From the sequence record DRR723986_5346: 20,000 nucleotides of DNA; one strand, 5' to 3'. The notes beneath the pieces were generated by a model. That model worked only from the letters and a program-made list of their open reading frames with translations, made no database searches and was not told where the DNA came from. The position numbers and the translations under genes were made by a program. Below are positions 16,273-20,000 of this stretch, piece after piece. The first letter of the stretch is position 1, and each line of letters opens with the position of its first letter.

Positions 16273-16450
16273 CTAATATCTAAAGCGCTAAGTCATTGAC
16301 TTAGCGCTTTTTTTATGCTAGAAATTCCGGAGCTCGCTCCGAGAATTTTGGCAATAAAAAGCAAGCATTTGTTCGCAGAACAATGCGCTTCAGATATTAG
16401 TGAGAACTCCCATTCCAGGGATCACGAGCGATAGCGAGTAATCCTATTCC
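16271..16450. repeat. tRNA-attached multi-hairpin element bounded by 18-bp inverted repeats, followed by a degenerate tRNA 3'-end copy
   Basis: CACTAATATCTAAAGCGC (16271-16288) and GCGCTTCAGATATTAGTG (16385-16402) are 17/18 complementary. They enclose three hairpins and a fourth lies at 16418-16445. Confidence 0.7.
16282..16314 (+). terminator. Intrinsic terminator after tRNA-Ser
   Basis: AAAGCGCTAAGTC-att-GACTTAGCGCTTT followed by TTTT: a perfect 13-bp stem with a T7 run. Confidence 0.85.
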
Positions 16451-16551
16451 ATAAAATATTTGATTTTCATGCTTGATCAAGGATTGTTAAACAGGTAAAT
16501 TATTTTAATATTTACTGATAAATAGATGCGCAATAATTGCCGAATTCATAA

Positions 16552-16559
16552 TACATTTG
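16552..16559 (+). promoter_or_regulatory. -7 element (TACATTTG) for the universal stress protein gene
   Basis: Exact TAnnTTTG 34 nt before ATG 16594. Confidence 0.55.
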
Positions 16560-16593
16560 TCGATATTGCAAACAAGATTTAATTAGAATTGAA

Positions 16594-17412
16594 ATGAACA
16601 AGATTATCATTCCTACAGACTTCTCAGATGCGGCATGGCATGCAACAGAATATGGACTCAAATTAGCTCAGCAACTTAAAGTTGAGGTATTATTACTTCA
16701 TGCATATCAACAACCCAAATCAGGAGCGTCAAATTTGGTGTCTATTGTTGATTTAATGAAAAAAGATGCAGAAGTTGAAATGTATCAGTTGCAATTGAAA
16801 ATTGAGAAATTAGATCTAAATAAGGAAATACAAATTGAGTATTTGTGTGCGCATGGAGATTTGATCAATGTGTTAGAAAATCATGTTTGGACAGATGGCA
16901 AACAATTGGTTGTTATGGGTACACAAGGGGCAACTGGGATTCGAAAATATGTACTAGGAACAAATACCTCAGCTGCATTGAAGCACCTTGATGCACCAAT
17001 TTTTGCAATTCCTCCTGGAGTAGATTATGGTTTTGAAAATGGCATTTCTTGTGGAATAGATGAACCGGTTAAAATTTCAGATGAAGACTTTAGCTGGTTG
17101 GCAAAAATCATTGAGCTTTCTCCTTCTAAGAAAATTGACCTGATTAACGTACTGACTGATGAAGATACTTCAGAAGTCAATATGACTGAAATTCCAGAAC
17201 AATTCAATACAATTGATTTTGAATTTACAGAGTTAGTCAATGAAAATGCAATTGATGGTTTAGATGAATATATTCAAACTTCATCTACTAACTGCTTGGT
17301 TATCATAAAACGTAATCTTAATTTCTTTGAGAAATTAATCAAACGTAGCACATCCATGAATTTGATTACAATTTCAAAATGTCCGTTGTTAATAATCCGT
17401 TCAACTAATTAA
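16594..17412 (+). CDS. Universal stress protein (tandem Usp domains)
   Basis: 'KIIIPTDFSDAA', 'LLHAY', 'LVVMGTQGATG…VLGTNT', second degenerate domain ending in 'PLLII'. Confidence 0.9.
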   Translation: MNKIIIPTDFSDAAWHATEYGLKLAQQLKVEVLLLHAYQQPKSGASNLVSIVDLMKKDAEVEMYQLQLKIEKLDLNKEIQIEYLCAHGDLINVLENHVWTDGKQLVVMGTQGATGIRKYVLGTNTSAALKHLDAPIFAIPPGVDYGFENGISCGIDEPVKISDEDFSWLAKIIELSPSKKIDLINVLTDEDTSEVNMTEIPEQFNTIDFEFTELVNENAIDGLDEYIQTSSTNCLVIIKRNLNFFEKLIKRSTSMNLITISKCPLLIIRSTN

Positions 17413-17432
17413 TGCTCTTAAAACATTAATCT

Positions 17433-17849
17433 TTATTTACTAGCCGTAACAATAATGGTTTGGCTACCATTCACGTCTTTCACTTTTAAGTGATTCGATT
17501 CTAATTCTAAAATCTGAGAGGAATTAAATGTGGTACCTGTGATGCTATCTTTAATATCAAGATTTTGACCTTTATTACTCACTCTGTATTCAGTAATAAT
17601 CGTGTCCTTAATATCCAATAAACTTGTGTAGGCCGTGTAGCTACACCACTGATTTGACTCTAAATCACATGCTCCAAAGGTGATAGTAGCTGATCCGCTT
17701 AATTGAATTAAATCTAAAGTAATGCCCCCGTCAGAAACTTCCCATTTGTCAGCGGTCCATGTTCCCTCTAACTTATTAACTGCTTTTTGATCTTTTTTAC
17801 ATGCCAGCGTGAATCCTGCTAACATTATAATGAGTCCTACTTTTCTCAT
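17433..17849 (-). CDS. Small lipoprotein, lipocalin-like
   Basis: Lipobox TLA-C followed by KKD, 'KLEGTW' (GxW lipocalin-like motif), beta-rich. Confidence 0.7.
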   Translation of the reverse strand: MRKVGLIIMLAGFTLACKKDQKAVNKLEGTWTADKWEVSDGGITLDLIQLSGSATITFGACDLESNQWCSYTAYTSLLDIKDTIITEYRVSNKGQNLDIKDSITGTTFNSSQILELESNHLKVKDVNGSQTIIVTASK

Positions 17850-17873
17850 TCTTTTTTTTCTAAATATATAAAA

Positions 17874-19094
17874 TCATTCTGACCTCAACGTTTTTATTTG
17901 ATTGAGGGCAAGAATCAATGCGATTATGGGTAGGGCAGATATAAAATAGTAGACATGGTAGCCTATCCATCCATAAATACTAGCTGCGAGGATAGGGAAA
18001 ACTGCCATTCCTAGAGAGTTTAGGGATTCGCTAATTCCCATTATTTCACCCTGTCGCTTTGGATTGGCATGTGTTGATATTAGTGAGTTGAAAGTCGGGA
18101 AACAAATTGATAACCCTAAGTTTAGAACATAATAAAATAGGCAATACAGGTAAAGGTTATCGGTTATGGTGATGCAAAATAATCCTACGGCTGAGAAGCT
18201 TAAGCCAATAAGTAATGTGTTAGGAGCTCCGAATTTATTGATGAAAAATTTCGACATGACCACTTGGTTAAAGGCAAGGAAAATGCCCACTACGAGCATG
18301 AAAATCCCCAATTCTGACTCATCAAATCGAAACAAATCAATTAAAAATAACGCTATAGTTGATATGTAAAAGGCCATCATAACAGAAAAAAGAAATTTCA
18401 TTATAAATAGCAGCTTAATAATAGGTTTTGGTTGTGCTTCTCTTATTCTTTTTAAAACCAATATAGATTTTGCCAAAGATTGCTTTTTTGCAACACTTCT
18501 TGCCTCGGATGGATGTGACTCTTTTAGGAAAAAGAAAATTGTCAGTAAAGTGATAACTGAAATAATTCCTGCAAGTATAATTGTTCCTGAGTAGCCAAGA
18601 GGGCTGGTTGCAGCAAAACCGCCTAATCCAGGACCGATTATCATTCCCAATCCAGCGATCCCACCTAAATATCCGAAAATAAATGTTTTCTCTTTCTTAT
18701 CAGTGATGTCTGCTACATAGGCGTTAGCAACAGATGTGTTTCCTCCTGTAATTCCGTCCAATATTCGAGACAAGGCTATTATCCAAAGTGGTAGAGCGAA
18801 GCCCCAAATTGGTAATTCAGGTAAACTAAGCGCAAATAAAAATACTATCCAACTTAAAAGTGTACCCGCCTGACTAATAATTAATATTGGTTTTCTTCCT
18901 TTTTGATCCGATAAGGATCCTAAATATGGAGCCCCAAGAAATTGAAAGGCCGAGTAAAATGTTAATAGGAGTCCATAAATCCATTCAGGAGCTCCATAAC
19001 TTTCAACAATGAAAGGGAGAACTGGCATTAGGATACTAAAGCCAAGGACATTAACAAAGGTCAATAAATAAGCTGGTAAAAATTTTCTTTGCAT
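17874..19094 (-). CDS. MFS transporter, DHA1/TetA-like drug:H+ antiporter
   Basis: About 12 TM segments, 'LGFSILMPVLP', motif A 'GSLSDQKGRKP', motif B 'SRILDGITGG', 'AYVADIT', motif C 'GMIIGPGLGG'. Confidence 0.9.
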   Translation of the reverse strand: MQRKFLPAYLLTFVNVLGFSILMPVLPFIVESYGAPEWIYGLLLTFYSAFQFLGAPYLGSLSDQKGRKPILIISQAGTLLSWIVFLFALSLPELPIWGFALPLWIIALSRILDGITGGNTSVANAYVADITDKKEKTFIFGYLGGIAGLGMIIGPGLGGFAATSPLGYSGTIILAGIISVITLLTIFFFLKESHPSEARSVAKKQSLAKSILVLKRIREAQPKPIIKLLFIMKFLFSVMMAFYISTIALFLIDLFRFDESELGIFMLVVGIFLAFNQVVMSKFFINKFGAPNTLLIGLSFSAVGLFCITITDNLYLYCLFYYVLNLGLSICFPTFNSLISTHANPKRQGEIMGISESLNSLGMAVFPILAASIYGWIGYHVYYFISALPIIALILALNQIKTLRSE

Positions 19095-19124
19095 TGTTAA
19101 AATAAGGTCCTATCTAAACTCATG

Positions 19125-19132
19125 CAAAGCTA
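19125..19132 (-). promoter_or_regulatory. -7 element (TAGCTTTG) for the MFS gene
   Basis: Exact TAnnTTTG on the minus strand, 30 nt before ATG 19094. Confidence 0.6.
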
Positions 19133-19221
19133 GTTATATAAACTTTATTGTTTAAACATTTAATTCAATGTAATTGCTTTTTCTTTATCAAGATTGTTTG
19201 GGTTTTTATATCTTGTTGAAT

Positions 19222-19608
19222 ATGAAAACGCAACTTGCTCTTATTTTGTTGATAATATGCACCTCATGTGCTAAAGAGGAAGTTCTCACCGAGTCGCCCT
19301 CTTTGATTGGGAAGTGGACGCATTATTCTGCAAATGATGCTTGGGAAACAGTATTGATTGACGAAGACGGCTCTGGAAAAGTATGGTTCTATACAAACGG
19401 TAAACTAAAAGAAGAGACTAAAACCAAAACTTGGTATACAGAGGATAACCGTTTATATCTTGGGAAAGTAACGTTCAGCTTACAACCTTATACCATTTCA
19501 GAATTTCCAAAAATGATTAGTCAAGAGGAGATTATTGCTTTTGATACCTTGGTGGTAGGCGCAAGAGTTATGCAATTAAATCAATTGAATTTTGTAGAAA
19601 AACTATAG
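19222..19608 (+). CDS. Hypothetical small lipoprotein (GxW lipocalin-like)
   Basis: Start reassigned to ATG 19222 (MKTQLALILLIICTS-C), which gives a clean lipoprotein signal. Contains 'LIGKW'. Confidence 0.7.
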   Translation: MKTQLALILLIICTSCAKEEVLTESPSLIGKWTHYSANDAWETVLIDEDGSGKVWFYTNGKLKEETKTKTWYTEDNRLYLGKVTFSLQPYTISEFPKMISQEEIIAFDTLVVGARVMQLNQLNFVEKL

Positions 19609-19613
19609 TTTTG
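19606..19613 (+). promoter_or_regulatory. -7 element (TAGTTTTG) for cytochrome c, overlapping the upstream TAG stop
   Basis: Exact TAnnTTTG 15 nt before GTG 19629. Confidence 0.5.
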
Positions 19614-19628
19614 CATTAAAATCACGGT

Positions 19629-20000
19629 GTGAAACAATTTTTAAGTTGCTGTTCTATTTTGCTCATGATAATTTCTTGTGGGTCTTCAGGGCAAGGAGAT
19701 ACCAATGAAGAGTTCCCAGTAAATACCAAATACGCGAAAGGCAAGGAAATTTATGACAAAACATGTGTGGTGTGTCATATGGATGATGGTAAAGGGTTAG
19801 AAGAAACGTTTCCTCCTTTAGCTGGAAGTGATTATTTATTATCGAATCCGAAAAGAGCACTTCGGCAAGTTTTGGAAGGTTCATCAGAAAAAATGCTTGT
19901 AAACGGAATTGAATATAAAGGGATTATGCCTGCCCAAGATGTTACAGAAGAAGAAGCTGTAGAGGTGGTGAACTATATATTGAATGCTTGGGGTAATGAC
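19629..20000 (+). CDS. Monoheme c-type cytochrome lipoprotein, truncated by the right edge (not in ORF track)
   Basis: Manual translation from GTG 19629: MKQFLSCCSILLMIISCGSSGQGDTNEEFPVNTKYAKGKEIYDKTCVVCHMDDGKGLEETFPPLAGSDYLLSNPKRALRQVLEGSSEKMLVNGIEYKGIMPAQDVTEEEAVEVVNYILNAWGND. CxxCH at 19764-19778, FPPLAGS, distal Met in 'MP', lipobox IIS-C. Confidence 0.92.
   Translation, partial: MKQFLSCCSILLMIISCGSSGQGDTNEEFPVNTKYAKGKEIYDKTCVVCHMDDGKGLEETFPPLAGSDYLLSNPKRALRQVLEGSSEKMLVNGIEYKGIMPAQDVTEEEAVEVVNYILNAWGND

Noticed and set aside
16514-16550. Possible TGA-N-ATCA-type or FNR-like operator upstream of the Usp gene
   Set aside because: Only a half-site (ACTGATAAAT) is visible and there is no convincing palindrome.
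17025-18369. ORFs 17025-17240 (-) and 18166-18369 (+)
   Set aside because: Antisense shadows of the Usp and MFS genes.
17874-19094. Calling the MFS gene a true tetA resistance gene
   Set aside because: Family motifs only. There is no adjacent tetR or mobile context, and substrate cannot be inferred.
19174-19221. TTG-initiated extension of the 144-aa ORF
   Set aside because: ATG 19222 yields a canonical lipoprotein signal peptide, which the extension would bury.
19663-19884. 73-aa minus-strand ORF
   Set aside because: Antisense to the clear cytochrome c frame on the plus strand.
16450-20000. Genomic island integrated at tRNA-Ser
   Set aside because: No integrase, no distal tRNA 3' repeat in this span, and no obvious compositional shift. 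The genes are ordinary.

Overview
AT-rich bacterial chromosome segment. Recurrent TAnnTTTG (-7) promoter elements, no evident Shine-Dalgarno sites and the gene content point to Bacteroidota, probably a Flavobacteriales-type organism (inference). It is mostly housekeeping and envelope genes: 3' end of an RND permease, PlpD-like patatin, THUMP/RlmL-like methyltransferase with arfB, panB with an RluA-family synthase, CoA-binding protein, lipoprotein, GH113, group II PLP decarboxylase, sodium:solute symporter, trxA, an exported 23-repeat LRR protein, GT2, a GWxTD protein, tRNA-Ser(TGA), universal stress protein, two small lipoproteins, a TetA-like MFS pump, and a partial lipoprotein cytochrome c missed by the ORF track. 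I see no transposase, integrase, CRISPR array or defence operon. The most unusual signal is non-coding: a ~180-bp multi-hairpin element fused to the tRNA-Ser 3' end, with 18-bp inverted repeats and a degenerate tRNA T-arm copy carrying an inserted hairpin. Also notable are a heptamer tandem array between arfB and the RluA gene, candidate sigma54 and ECF promoters, and apparently leaderless transcripts.
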